This document shows, piece by piece, positions 1 through 13,900 of a DNA stretch of 64,000 bases. Numbering within the stretch: the stretch's first letter is position 1; the number at the start of each line of letters is the position of its first letter. This DNA comes from Dictyostelium discoideum (Eukaryota), in assembly GCA_000004695.1 (NCBI GenBank), contig CM000152.2, positions 4,576,001 to 4,640,000 of the forward strand, in the 5' to 3' direction. The position numbers and the translations under genes are program-made. The notes beneath the pieces were generated by a model that saw only the letters and a list, made by a program, of their open reading frames with translations, had not been told where the DNA came from and did not search any database.

Positions 1-1120
1 TCCCGTTAATCATTTCAATTCATTAACAAAGACTCGTATACCAATGAGCAACATCAAAAAGATTGTCCGTGATAATATACTAGATGCTCAAATCAATGCT
101 CAAAAGTATTACAACCGAGGTCGTGGTGATGTTATCTTCGTAGTCGGAGAAAAGGTGATGGTTAAAAGAAAATTCTTCCAAACTAATCTTTCAAAAGATC
201 TAATCTCTCACAAACTTGAATCCAAGAATTGTGGACCATTCATAATCACTGCCGTTCATGGTAATAATGTAACACTCGATTTAGTAGGTTATCCAAAGAA
301 ACACAATGTGTTCAACAAAGATCAAATCGTAAAACTATACGAGGACAGTGAGTGGTTAAGAGAAGAGATATCGATGCCGGAACCTGAGGAGATGGACGAA
401 GCAAGTTACGAAGTTGAAAGTATTCTCAATCACGATAAAGTCAAAAAGATGTACCTAGTGAAGTTCAAAGGTTACCCAGAACCTGAATGGATCAAAGAAG
501 TCGATACAGACTGTGAAGAGTTAGTCAGAGAGTATTGGAATAACGTGCAGAAGAAACAATTGAACTCAAGAAGAGAAAGAGAGAATGTAACTACAGAAGC
601 CGTTGAGCCAATTGTGTCACCTCCACTCTCCCAAGAAGTTCAAAGTTCTCAAACATTGCAACCAATTACTCCAAGACAACAAAACTCCATCTCAAATCAA
701 AGAAACCAATCAAAGAAAAGAAAATCAAGAAATCAAAATACTTCAAGTGATGATGATGAACTTGATCTTAGTTTACAAATTAAAACAACTAGATCAGGAA
801 GAAAAGTTACACCCAAGAGTTTATAGTCCACCTCTGAGCCATAGCTAGCCTAAAGAAGGAAGGGGAAGGTGTTAGAGACTCAAAACTAAATTAATTTAAA
901 GTTAGTATGAGCTCAACAACGTAACAAATTCGCGCATCTCCATGTAAAAATATTTCATTTAATTTTTATTTTTATTTTTTAATTTTTTAATTTTTTATTT
1001 TTTCAGTCAAAAAATAAAAAATTAAATTAAAAAAAATTAAATTAAATTAAAATTTAAAAAAATAATAAAAATTCTGATTTTTCGGTTTAGTTGGAATAAC
1101 GCCCTTACTTTTAATTATCT
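1..1120 (+). mobile_element. 3' portion of an LTR retrotransposon (pol 3' end plus presumptive 3' UTR/LTR; LTR boundary not determinable)
   Basis: Chromodomain-integrase ORF ends at 826. It is followed by about 300 bp of non-coding sequence with mixed composition before the AT-rich minisatellite begins. No second LTR copy lies in the window for comparison. Confidence 0.35.
2..826 (+). CDS. Partial (window-truncated) pol ORF of a Ty3/gypsy-type LTR retrotransposon: integrase C-terminal module + chromodomain (Skipper/DGLT-like)
   Basis: Frame is open from nt 2 (no stop before the ATG at 44). 'GPFIITAVHGNNVTLDLVGYPKKHNVFNKDQIV' resembles the C-terminal GPY/F module of retroviral-type integrases. 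It is followed by a clear chromodomain ('YEVESILNHDKVKKMYLVKFKGYPEPEWIKEVD..ELVREYW') and a basic S/Q-rich tail. Stop at 824-826. Confidence 0.7.
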   Translation, partial: PVNHFNSLTKTRIPMSNIKKIVRDNILDAQINAQKYYNRGRGDVIFVVGEKVMVKRKFFQTNLSKDLISHKLESKNCGPFIITAVHGNNVTLDLVGYPKKHNVFNKDQIVKLYEDSEWLREEISMPEPEEMDEASYEVESILNHDKVKKMYLVKFKGYPEPEWIKEVDTDCEELVREYWNNVQKKQLNSRRERENVTTEAVEPIVSPPLSQEVQSSQTLQPITPRQQNSISNQRNQSKKRKSRNQNTSSDDDELDLSLQIKTTRSGRKVTPKSL

Positions 1121-1326
1121 CTTTTATGTATGTTTACTTTTATGATATTAGTCTTTCACTCTTTCTATCCTTCATATTAAAAAACATTACTTTAAAGATT
1201 GGACTGTTTGATAAAAGATTGAACAAATGTGACAATGGATTGAAGATTAGTGTGAGTGACTTTTACAGACAGAATCAACAGAAACATTGGCAGATAAAAT
1301 CACACAGCAAAGAAAAATGCACCTTT

Positions 1327-2045
1327 AAAGCAAATTTAAAGAAAAGTTGATTTAAATTGGATTTAAATTGAATTTAAAGCCGCGTTTAAAAAATTCATTT
1401 TTAAGGTAATTTTTAAGGTAATTTTTAAGATATTTAAAAATGCCTTTAAAATTTGCTTTAAAATAATTTTTTAAGCAATTTTAAAGGTGATTTTAAAGGT
1501 GATTTTAAAGGTGATTTTTAAGGTAATTTTTAAGATAATTTTTAAGATATTTAAAAATACCTTTAAAATTTATTTTAAATTAATTTTAAATAGGATTTAA
1601 AGTAGATTTAAAGTAGATTTAAAGTGAATTTAAATTTCCTTTAAACATAAATTTAAGGTTTTTAATAAAAAAGATCTAATTTTAGAACAAAAAAATGGGG
1701 ATAAAATATTCTATCATTTTTAAATTTTCATCAAAGCAATCAAATGGTGTAATGGTTGATGAGACTACCCTTTAATAGAGGGTCGGGGGATCGAATCCCT
1801 TTTGGTAATTTTTGAAAAATTAAAAAAAAAAATTTTAAAAAATTTATCCGTTAAATAACGGCTTCGAACTCAGGACCTCGCTTTTAAAGCGATTAAAAAG
1901 GTAATTTTAAAGGTAATTTTAAAGGTAATTTTTAAGGTGATTTTAAAGTAACCTTAAAAATTACCTTTAAAATTACCTTTAAAATTGCTTTAATTCAGGA
2001 CTTTAAAGCAAATTTAAATTTAATTTAAAGCGAATTTAAAGGTGG
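1327..2045. repeat. Minisatellite-like array of 11-13 bp TTTAAA-core units (ggtaatttttaa / ggtgattttaaa / tagatttaaag), flanked by direct 'aaagcaaatttaaa' repeats, with a local palindrome centred near 1955
   Basis: Direct reading. Triplicated units occur at 1400-1440, 1485-1535, 1595-1625 and 1895-1945. An inverted arrangement sits at 1921-1985 (…ggtgattttaaagtaaccttaaaaattacc…). 'aaagcaaatttaaa' appears at 1327-1340 and 2004-2017. Confidence 0.6.
1741..1815 (+). other. Degenerate tRNA-like / B-box-like remnant (GGGGGATCGAATCCC). A second, oppositely oriented B-box-like motif lies at 1861-1876 (minus: CCTGAGTTCGAAGCC)
   Basis: T-loop-like 'ATCGAATCC' and an anticodon-arm-like hairpin 'accct ttaatag agggt' are present. 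No full cloverleaf with a 7-bp acceptor stem could be folded by eye. Confidence 0.2.
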
Positions 2046-2730
2046 TTTTTTCTTCGCTGTGATGACATAAAGAAACTGGAGAACGTTAATGCCAACATGT
2101 TATTCAAAGGGGACAGGTGGGCTATCTCAAAAGAAAGGAGCAGAAGAGACTATGAAATTGGAGGCCTGGAACTCTGGAATAGGGACTTAGCATGGAGATA
2201 TCTACTCAAGGCACTTCCAAAACACCATGGGGAGAATTGCCACTCATGTAAAGAAGAAGAATCGTCTATGCACATCTTCTTCGAATGCAAATCAATAAAA
2301 CAGAATATCGACTCAATCTATCAAAAGGTCTGTAAAGACTCCAACAACACTTACCACGGTCCATGGAGCGAAAAAGTTCTCGGAAAACTACTCACACCAT
2401 TCTCATCAAATCTGATAGGAGCCATTATGGAATCGATATGGTACAGAAGAAATCAAATAAAATTCAACGATAACACTACAATAATAACAGAGAACCAAAT
2501 AATTCATAAAATCAAAAAAGCGAGAGATGCCGAATGGGATAGAACAAGAAAGATAGTAGAAAAACAACTACGTCAAGAACTAAGATGCACTGATAACCGA
2601 GAGTCAATCAATCGGACCGCATCAATAAAAAGAAGACTCGAAAAATTCAGCCACAACTGGAACTCGAAACTCATGACCATAAACATCCCGGAACACTTCA
2701 TACCATACTGCTCATATAACACCAACTACT

Positions 2731-2735
<5 letters not shown>
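2040..2735 (+). CDS. Partial ORF2 (C-terminal zinc-finger-like domain) of the truncated TRE-type retrotransposon
   Basis: Same frame as listed ORF 2097..2735, open upstream to 2040. CxxC…H…C motif shared with the intact ORF2 downstream in the window. Confidence 0.55.
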
Positions 2736-2764
<29 letters not shown>

Positions 2765-2856
2765 ATAACAATAATAATAATAATAATAATAATATAATAA
2801 TATAATAATAATAATATAATAATAATAATAATAATAATAAAAATAAGAATAACAAG

Positions 2857-2897
<41 letters not shown>
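2040..2897 (+). mobile_element. 5'-truncated copy of a TRE-type (tRNA-gene-targeted) non-LTR retrotransposon: ORF2 C-terminal Cys-rich region plus an A/AAT-rich tail
   Basis: ORF frame opens at 2040 exactly where the minisatellite ends. The motif 'HGENCHSCKEE…HIFFECKSIKQ' parallels the C-terminal 'CPLCKED…HLFFSCKKTKQ' motif of the full-length element ORF2 at 31943-35647. The stop at 2735 is immediately followed by A27, (AAT)n and A41 through 2897. Confidence 0.6.
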
Positions 2898-2904
<7 letters not shown>

Positions 2905-3211
2905 AAACTCTCCTAGAACACACTCAAATTGAGTGATGTTATTAAAAAAAAAAAAAACTACTTATTTGAAAATATTTAAATATTTAAAAATAAAAGATTA
3001 ATTATAAAATATTAAGATAAATTAAAATAAAAAATATAAATTACAATAACTTGTGTACAAATACTCATTACGTTAGTCCACTTTCGTTACAGGCTAATTA
3101 AACCAATAATTATGTGCATAAAATACTTTTCAATAAGTACCAAAAAGAATCTTAATACAAAGGACCTTTTGAAAAATGTTTTTTTATTGTTTATTTTTTT
3201 AAAAATTTAAT

Positions 3212-4831
<1,620 letters not shown>

Positions 4832-5014
4832 TTTTTTTTTTGATTAAAATTGAAAAAAAAAATTTTTAATTAAAAAAAAATAAAAAAAAAAAAAAAAACA
4901 AAATTTACCAGAATTCCAAATTTCTTTGAAAGAAAAATTTTAAATGCCCAAAGAAAAATATTGTTTCTAATTTTATTTTTTTTTTTTTTTTTTATTTTTT
5001 TTTATTTTTTTTTT

Positions 5015-6873
5015 TTAATCAAAAACAACATTTAAATGAATATATTTAATATAATTTGAAAATTCTTTAATAACTGGATTAATAAAATTAATAATTGAAT
5101 ATTGAACTAATAATTTTGAAGTTTCATCTAATGGTATTGATTGATGTTGTTGTAATTTATCATTAATTTCCTTTTGATGTTTAAATTTTGATATTAAAAT
5201 ATTTGAAATAATATTTGAAATATTTTTATCAAAATTAATAATTTTATCTTTATTTTTAAAAATTTCCAAACAATTAATAATTGGATTTACAATTTCACCC
5301 AAAACATTTTTATCAATGATATGATTTAAATTTAAATTTTGTTTTGATAATGGATCAATATCATCCATTTGAAAATCAAAATTTAAATTTAAATCATTAT
5401 CCATATAACGTGTTACTGATGGATTAAATAATAATTTGAAATCAATTTGGCTTTCAAATCTTTCAATTAACTCATTAATAAATATGATTAAAAAGTTATT
5501 TGGAATTCCTTTATTTTCAAATTCATCAATTGATTTTGCTAATAATGAATATTTTAAAAAGAAACTTTTAACCAATGAATTAATTTTTAATTGAGGTTTT
5601 GGAATTGGTAATTCACCACCATGGTTATGATTATCATTCAAATTGGAATTTTTTTTCTCTTCAATTTCATCAATATCTTCATCTTGCATAAAGGTCTTTT
5701 TCTTTAATTTTGAAATTTTAAATGGTTTAATTATTGTAATATTTGGTTGATAATTACTTTGTTTTAATTTCTTTATTAAATCTAATGTTGAGGCTGCATT
5801 TCTAATTGGATTAGCACCACCACCACCAGATTCTTTATCATCTTTTGAAGAATTTAATAATGAAGAATTTTTTAAAAGTGGTGATATTGGTGGTGAAGAT
5901 GGCATTTTAACTATTGGTGGAAGTAATAATGATGATTTTGTTTCAATAAATTGTTGTTGAGATGGTGATGATGATGATGAAGCTCCATTTAACTGTGATG
6001 GTGATGATGGAATACTATTAGAATTTGTGAAAATTTTGGGAAGAATTGGTGATAAATTTTTAATATTTCTTTTATCTTGATCATCATTTAATGAAATTGA
6101 ATTTTCAAAAATTGAATTCATCATAGTTTGTAAATTAAAAGAATTATCTGATCGGTTTTGAGCTAAATCTAAATTATTAACTAAAATATCCAAAATCTTT
6201 TGGAATCTAACACCATTTGAATCCAATTCAATATATTGAAATATGACAACATCTTTTTGAAGCTCAGAATTTTGTTCTCTTCTTTTTGAATTTGTCTCAT
6301 AAATCGATTTAAATATTGAAGAATCATATGGATTTAAACCTTTTAATAATAGGTAAATTTGACTGATAACAATCTCTTCAATATAACTCTTTGTTTCAAC
6401 TGCTTTTTTTCTTGACCAACCATTTGTAATCGATGGGAAGAACGTTTTCACATAGGTATCACCAACTCTATCCTTTAGAATGGTTGTGTAGGTTTTTAAA
6501 TTTTCAATTATACCATTATCATTTAGATAAGTTGATAAATCTTTTGACATTTGAACAAATCCCATAACATATCTATAGGCTCTTGTATCTTTTCCTGATG
6601 TACCAACTTTATAACCAACCTCTAATAATAATGCATATTTAAATTCATTATTTTCATTTATTAAATTTCTATATTTTTCAATTAATCCTGTTTTTTTATA
6701 TTTTTTTTTTTCTTCCATTTTATCTAAAATCTTTGAAATTTTCTTAACTGAAACAATACTAAAAAATGAAAAAACATGACTAATAATTCTATTTTTAATA
6801 ATATCATTACGTATTTTTACTCCCATATCATATCCAGTACTTAAATTAAAAAAAATTATTATTAATATTAATT

Positions 6874-6910
<37 letters not shown>

Positions 6911-7017
6911 AATAAAAAAAATAAATAAATAAATAATAAAAAAAATAATCCTTACTTGATAGCCTGGAATGAACTATTGATAAAATCAATTCCACCTTTT
7001 GCTGCTACCTGTGCCAT
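5015..7017 (-). CDS. Hypothetical protein (~628 aa), 2 exons: complement(join(5015..6839,6956..7017)). S/P-rich central region. Unassigned
   Basis: Exon 1 is 'ATGGCACAGGTAGCAGCAAAAGGTGGAATTGATTTTATCAATAGTTCATTCCAGGCTATCAA' followed by GTAAGG. A 116-nt AT-rich intron ends …TTAAG, then 'T ACT GGA TAT GAT ATG GGA…' continues in frame into listed ORF 5015..6826. Phase 2 is consistent across the junction. Confidence 0.5.
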
Positions 7018-7081
7018 TTTTTTTTATTTATTTTTTATTAAAAAAATAATAGTGTTATTAAAAATAAAATTAGTGTGATAA

Positions 7082-7115
<34 letters not shown>

Positions 7116-7387
7116 AGTAAAAATTAAATTTTTTTAATTTTTAAAATAAAAAAAAACAGTCCAAAGATATTTATAGAACAAACAACCAACCAAAAAAATT
7201 TTTTAAAAAAAAAAATTAAATTAAAAACACAGTCCAAAGATATTTATAGAAAAAACAACCAACCATAAAAAAATTTTTAAAAAAAAAAAAAATCTAATCA
7301 AAATCCAAGAATATTATTGGGTCGATATTTAATACAATATTTTTTATTATTATTTATTTATTTTATATATTATAAATATTATTTTTA

Positions 7388-7457
7388 TTATTCTGTCGTT
7401 AAAACTTCAGTATTATTATTATTATTATTAAAATTATTATTATCTTCTATATTATTT

Positions 7458-7539
<82 letters not shown>

Positions 7540-8991
7540 CATCATTAAAATCACTATTATTATTTAAAACATTACTATTATTATCATCATTATTATTATT
7601 ATTATTTAATTTACTGAAATATAAAACATCATTATCTTGATCAGTTTGAAGTACTTCAATTGCAGAAGCAACATCTTGATTATTTGCAAAGTGTTGATTA
7701 GAGTGAATTTTACATAAGATTTCAGCAGTAACTAATCTAACATTTGGTACTGGATCGTGAACCAATTTTAATAGAGTTGGTAAAAAGGTTTGTTCAAAGT
7801 AAATTGGATCTAATTGCTCAACGAGATAACCACAAATCTTTGTAAAAACCTGTCTATTTGAAAATGAAATATCAGTTCCTAAACATTGAATACTTTCAAT
7901 GGTAGAATTCTTTAATTGATTAATTTCTTCTAATGTTAATTCTGCTTCAGCTGTATTTGTTCCATTGCTGCTGCTGTTGCTACTATTATTACTATTATTT
8001 ACATCTGTATTTGTTCCATTGCTGCTGCTGTTATTACCGCTATAATTAACTTCACTATTTAAAATCTTTAAAATTAAATGACCAACGCTAGAAGCGGCAT
8101 ATGATCTAACCTTTGCAACAGAGTCATTTAATAAAGTAATTAAAATTGGTGTTAATTGAGTTAAATTTGTCTTTAAATTAAATAAGTCGCACATTTCTCC
8201 AATTTGTCTAAAAATAAAAATAAAAAAATAAATTAATATTATTCTATTATTGATGGTGGTGGTGGTTTATGTGTAGTTTTAAAAAAAAAATACAAACTTT
8301 GAAATTAATTTTCTAAATCTCCATTTACTTGGATCATTAACAAAACTATGAATGATTAATATGTAAGATTCTCTTTGAGCAGGTTCTAATGAAGCAAGGA
8401 AACCAGAGAAATGTCTAACAACACCAACTCTAACTTCATCTAAATCTTGTAAGAATAAATTGAAACATTGTACCAATGATGCTTTAGTTTCAGCTGGTCC
8501 TAAAATCTTTGCAATCTCATGAATTGAATGAGATAAAGTTCTTCTTACTTTCCACTTTAAAGAGTAATAATAATAAAAAAAAATAAAAAAAAAGGTAAGT
8601 ATTTGTATATTAAAAAAAGTTATTATTATTAAAAAGTTTTAATTAAAAAAAAGAGTAATAATATACAAACATTTGTATCTTTAACTAAAGTTAAATAAGT
8701 TTCTTTTAATTCAGGCCATCTTGAACTACCAACAGTGTATAATACAGCAGGGAAATTAAAAGCACAATGAGTAACCAAATCACTATCAGGGAATCTAATA
8801 GTTGATGGATTGATCATATTGGTATAGAGATTTAATAATTTTGGGGTAATTTGAGAACCTTCAAATGTTGCAATGAATGGTCCTAAATTTTGAAATGCTG
8901 TATTATTTACCCATCTTGATGACTATTATATATATATAATTAATATAAAATATATTAATATAAATATAAATATTTATTTTTACTACCAATA

Positions 8992-9043
<52 letters not shown>

Positions 9044-10436
9044 ATATATAGATATATTTACATCGTCACCGACAAACTCTTCAAATACAGGGATAAGTAT
9101 TGAATATCTTTCAATTGGAGAAATATTTTGACTAATGAAAATTAATACTTCAGCACAACCCTTTCTAACAGCCCACATTTCATCTCTTGATAATTGAACG
9201 AAAATTGGTAACTATATATAAATAAAAAATAAAAAAAAAATAAAAAAAATTAATAAAAAAAATTAATAAAAAATATTCACTATCATATGTGACATATGTG
9301 TTTATAGAATATAGTTACCAATAATTCAGTTGTATCTTTAACACCAATAGTTTGGCAAATACCACCTAAATTTAATGCGATTGATTTTCTAACTCTAAAA
9401 GAAAGATCATTTGATAATTTAACAATGAAAGGTAAAATTATTGATTTTGTTAATTGTTCTCCTAAAATTGGTGCTAAATTATGGCAAAGCTAAAAAGATA
9501 AAGAAAATAAAAATAAAATATATATATAATATGAATTAATAAAAGAACTGTATATTGTGGAGTGATACTATTTATATATAAGCATATATATATATATATA
9601 TTATTTACATTTGCAGCTTGAACTCTATGCTCTTCATCAGTTGAATCATTAACTAAACTTTTAATAAAAGGTATTAAATGAACTTCAATGTCTTCATGTC
9701 TAATGATTCTAGCCATATCTTGTAATGATTCAACGGCTGACATTCTAACTTGTGGATTTCTGTCAGTGGTTAATTGAGCTACAATTGGTAATAGATTTTT
9801 CAATACTTTTTGATAACCATCCTCTCTACCAAATTGAATATAACATTCACTAATTGATGGAATTTGTTCTACTAATGCTTGTCTAATCACTGGTTCATTA
9901 TCTGTTACTGCTTCCTCTATAAATGTTATTAATATTTCATTTGCTTGTTCAAATTGAATTCTAATTAAATCAGAAAATTCTCTAATAACATATAATCTAT
10001 ATAATAAATAATAAATAATAAAAAAAAAAATAATAAAAAATAGTGATGTTCAAAAAAAAAAAAAAAAAAAAAAAAAATTTATTAATACAATAAAAAATTG
10101 AATAATTAAAGGGATGAATGATTAATTGATAAATACCTATGAAGAACTAATTCACTTTTAACATATTTTTTAATTTTTTCAATTAACGGTAAACTGTCAT
10201 CAATAACGTATTCATTTCCATTTGATTCTTCTTTATTTAAATAAATTATTAAAAGATAAAATAAAAATAAAATAAAATGTAATAATAATATAAAAAAAAA
10301 TAAAAAAATAAAAAATAAAAAAAAAAATAAAAAAAAAAAAGTTAGTATGAATTATTTAAAATTAATGAATGTATATTATAACCATACCAATATTATCATA
10401 ATTATCTGCATCTGATAAACCAATAAAATCTGACAT
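7388..10436 (-). CDS. HEAT-repeat protein related to PP2A 65-kDa scaffold subunit A / PP4R1 (~727 aa), 8 exons: complement(join(7388..8207,8298..8553,8667..8922,9062..9211,9319..9489,9609..9996,10137..10230,10388..10436))
   Basis: Exon translations align along their length with PR65. Examples: 'QVRMSAVESLQDMA' ~ 'VVRDKAVESLRAIS'; 'MWAVRKGCAEVLIFISQ' ~ 'SWRVRYMVADKFTEL'; 'LVHDPVPNVRLVTAEILCKI…LQTDQDNDVLYFS' ~ '[20 protein letters not shown]…LTQDQDVDVKYFA'. Splice phases checked exon by exon. Donors are GTATGG, GTATTT, GTAAAT, GTAACT, GTAAAT, GTATAT, GTTTGT. Asn-rich C-terminal extension. Confidence 0.65.
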
Positions 10437-10991
10437 TTTATTATTACTTTTATTACTATTATTTTCCTTTAATAATAATATGATAATAAAAATGGTCTGT
10501 TGTGTGTTAGAAAAAAAAATTTGAAAAAAAAAGAAAAAAAAAAAAAAAATTCAATTTTTTTTTTTTTTTTTATTTTTTTTTTTTATATTTTATTTTTTAC
10601 TTTTCTTTTTTGATGGCCATGCAAGATCTTTTTTTTTTTTTCCTTTTTTTATTTTTTTTTGGGGTATTGGTTTTATTTTTTTTTTTTGAGTGGTGTCAAA
10701 TTTGAATGTCTTTTTTTTAATTTGTTTTGCATTAAAAATAGTTAAGAAAAAAAAAAGAATGTTACTAGTAACTTTAAAAGATAATTTTTTTAAAAAAAAA
10801 AATATGAATAGATATTTTCTAAGACCCATGGACTAAGGGCAGATATAGATAATTTCGAACACTAATTTTCTATTTCCAATTTTTTTTATTTATTTTTTTT
10901 TATTTTAATCTTTTTTTTTATTTCTTTTTTTTTTTATTTTTTTTTTTTTTATTTTTTATTTTTTTTTTTGAATATATTTAATTTGAGATGA

Positions 10992-13900
10992 TTAACGATT
11001 GAGCCATCTAACTTTTTTGAAACCCCAGAAACTTAAACCAACAAAAATGAAAATGTAACCAAAGATAGCAGCAATATCGATATATCTCATGAATTTATGG
11101 AAACCATAAGTTAACATGAAATCATCACCATTTGTAATTGGACAATAATATTTAATCGCTATTTGAACACCATTTTCAATGATTGGAATTGGTACAGCAC
11201 CTTTATTATTTGTACAAACAAATGTTAAACCTGTGAATTCATTGGTACAAGATGCTTCCAAAGGATACCTGAGCCAGTCTAAATAATGACACCAATAATA
11301 TGCAGATGGATAATTTGGTCTTGCAATGACGAAACCACCAAATAATGTTGCCAATGATAAACCAATACCACATATTGTTGATGCCATAACTTCATTTGGT
11401 AAGCAAACCGCCAGACATAATGCAAACGCATCATACATAATATAGGTGATAATGAAAATGAATAGACAATACCAAAATTTAGATGAATGTCGACCGGAAT
11501 CCAGACCAGCAATCCAAAATGTTGGAATAATATAAAGAATACCAGTTGATAGAATAAATGGATACGATGTTAATACATATGATATCATATATGCCGTTGA
11601 ATGATAGAAACCTGCGGTAACTTCACGATAGAATACACCTCTTTCTAATACTGTTGTTGGAATATTACCAATTGCGACCATACCGGCAAAAAGGAACGAA
11701 AAGAAGAGTAATGAAACACGAGATCTTGCATCCTTTTGTTCATAGTCCATACGAACAAATAGTGTACCTAATAGGACTGCCAACAATATTGAACGAAGAC
11801 AATTTGAAACGAATATTGCTGGACGCCTCAACCGAGATAACCAACTTCTCATACAAAGTGCGCGGAATTGTGTCATCCATGATGAAGCAAACCTTGAATC
11901 ATACGTTTTAACTACAAAGTCATCAGGTATTAATTGTCCTTCCATAATTTCATATTCTTTTTTACAAATATTAGATTCAAAATATGCCTTCTTTGCATCA
12001 AGATGTTCTTGTTCACCATTTGGACCTTCAACCATTTTACCTTCATCAGCTAATGTCATTACGAAATCAGCAGGATTAATATGTGGTTTAATATGCATAC
12101 CTAATTTATCACAATAATCTAAAATCACACTTGACTGATTACCCAATGGCCCAAAATAAATTGTTTCACCACCTTTTTTTAGTAATAATAATTGGTCAAA
12201 GAATTCGAAAATTGCAGCAGATGGTTGATGTACTGTACAAATTACAGTTCTATTCATTACTTTGGCAATTTTATTAACTACATCAATTACTTTAAATGCG
12301 TCACCAGAGTCTAAACCACTTGTTGGTTCATCAAGGAAAAGAATTTCTGGATTTGAAGCTAATTCAACACCAATATTTACTCTTTTTCTTTGCGATACTG
12401 ATAAACCATTTCCAAGTACACCAATCTTTAAATCTTTAATACTTGATAGACTTAAAACTTCAACGATCTTATCAACAAAGATCTCTCTTTCTTCTTTAGT
12501 AACTTCAGGTGGTAGTCTACATCTTGCACTGAATGCAATCGCTTCTCTAACTGTTTGTGTTGGTGGTAAAACATCCATTTGTTCAACATATGCTCTTATT
12601 CTATTTGTAAATTCAGAAGGTGGTTTACCATTAATTAAAATTTCACCAGTGATATGGCCACCAGTTTTTCTTTGAGCTAAAACATCTAATAATGTTGATT
12701 TACCTGCACCTGATGGTCCCATTAATGCTAACATCTATAATAAAAAAATAAAATTAATAATTAGTAATAAATAAATTAAACAAAAGAATATTTTTAAAAA
12801 ACATACTTGACCAGGTTTAACATAACCATCAATATCAGTTAATAGTTGTAATCTTTGACTTTTCTTTTTCTTTGGATTGTCTGGATCATCAGCTTTTACA
12901 TCAACAGCATAACAAAGTTTTTTAAATTGTAAATAACTACCAGTTTCTGAACTTATATCTTTTTGAGAGGTACTTATTGGTTTTTGTTTTGAATGATTAC
13001 CATTTTTTGAAGGAGTATTAACCATTGGTGATAAATTTGTTAATGGGGAATTAACCATTGGTGATAGAGTCGAAGGTGTTTTAACTTTTCTTCTTTTTAT
13101 ATTATTACCGGATCCTGATAAATTATTATTATTATTGTAATTGGGAGATGTTAATGGTGATTTCATATCAATTACAGTATCATCGTCATAGTTTGAAATA
13201 TCAGCATTATCATCATTATCATCACTAACTCTTTCTAATGCTTCAGTAGTAACTTTACAATTTGGCTCTTCATCTTCTTTACAAACAATAACTTTTTTCT
13301 TTTTCTTTAATTTCTTTACTGCTAATTTGGATTTTTTATCTTCAAAATTTAAATATTTCAAAGCAAAGAAACAAACTGAATAAAAGAATACAATATAAGC
13401 ACCTAAAATTGCATAAACAATCCATTTGAAATAATCTGGGTTATTAATACCAAATGCATCCATAATTTGTTCACCAGATGTATATTGACAAACTTGATTA
13501 CCACCGAAACCTTCTGGATATGGTAATAGATTTTGAGGAGTTCTTGGTGGTATTAATTCAGAATCTTTACAACCATACGCTTGATATGTAAATTCATTAA
13601 TTGATAAACCTTGGAAAATCCATGTATAGGGTGATATATAATATAACCAAATCCACCAACCTCCAATATCATTCTTTGGTGCCGTGAAACCTGAAAATAA
13701 TAACCAAATTGAAAGTATTACTGATGCTGTTACATTTGCAATTTCAATTGTTGGTGAAATTGCTGCACACATTTTAGCAAATGATAATGATAAATTATCA
13801 GTTCTAAAAAAAAAAAAAAAAAATTAGGATTTATAAAAATAAATACTTGAATAAATTAATTAAAATAAAAATACATACATAAATAATAAAATCATAAAAT

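Noticed and set aside
1380-1640. Regularly spaced short direct repeats that superficially resemble a CRISPR array
   Set aside because: Units are 11-13 bp with no unique spacers. The context is a eukaryotic AT-rich genome, so this is a minisatellite.
2726-2923. 65-aa minus-strand ORF of poly-F/poly-Y
   Set aside because: Lies entirely within the A/AAT tail of the truncated retro-element. It is a low-complexity shadow ORF.
7317-7640. 107-aa plus-strand poly-Leu ORF
   Set aside because: Antisense reading of the (AAT)n poly-Asn codons at the 3' end of the HEAT-repeat gene.
11279-12675. Several 77-137-aa ORFs antisense or out of frame within ABCG copy A (and their twins in copy B at 17109-18310)
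   Set aside because: Embedded in and duplicated with the ABC transporter exons. They have no start context or domain signal and are shadow ORFs.
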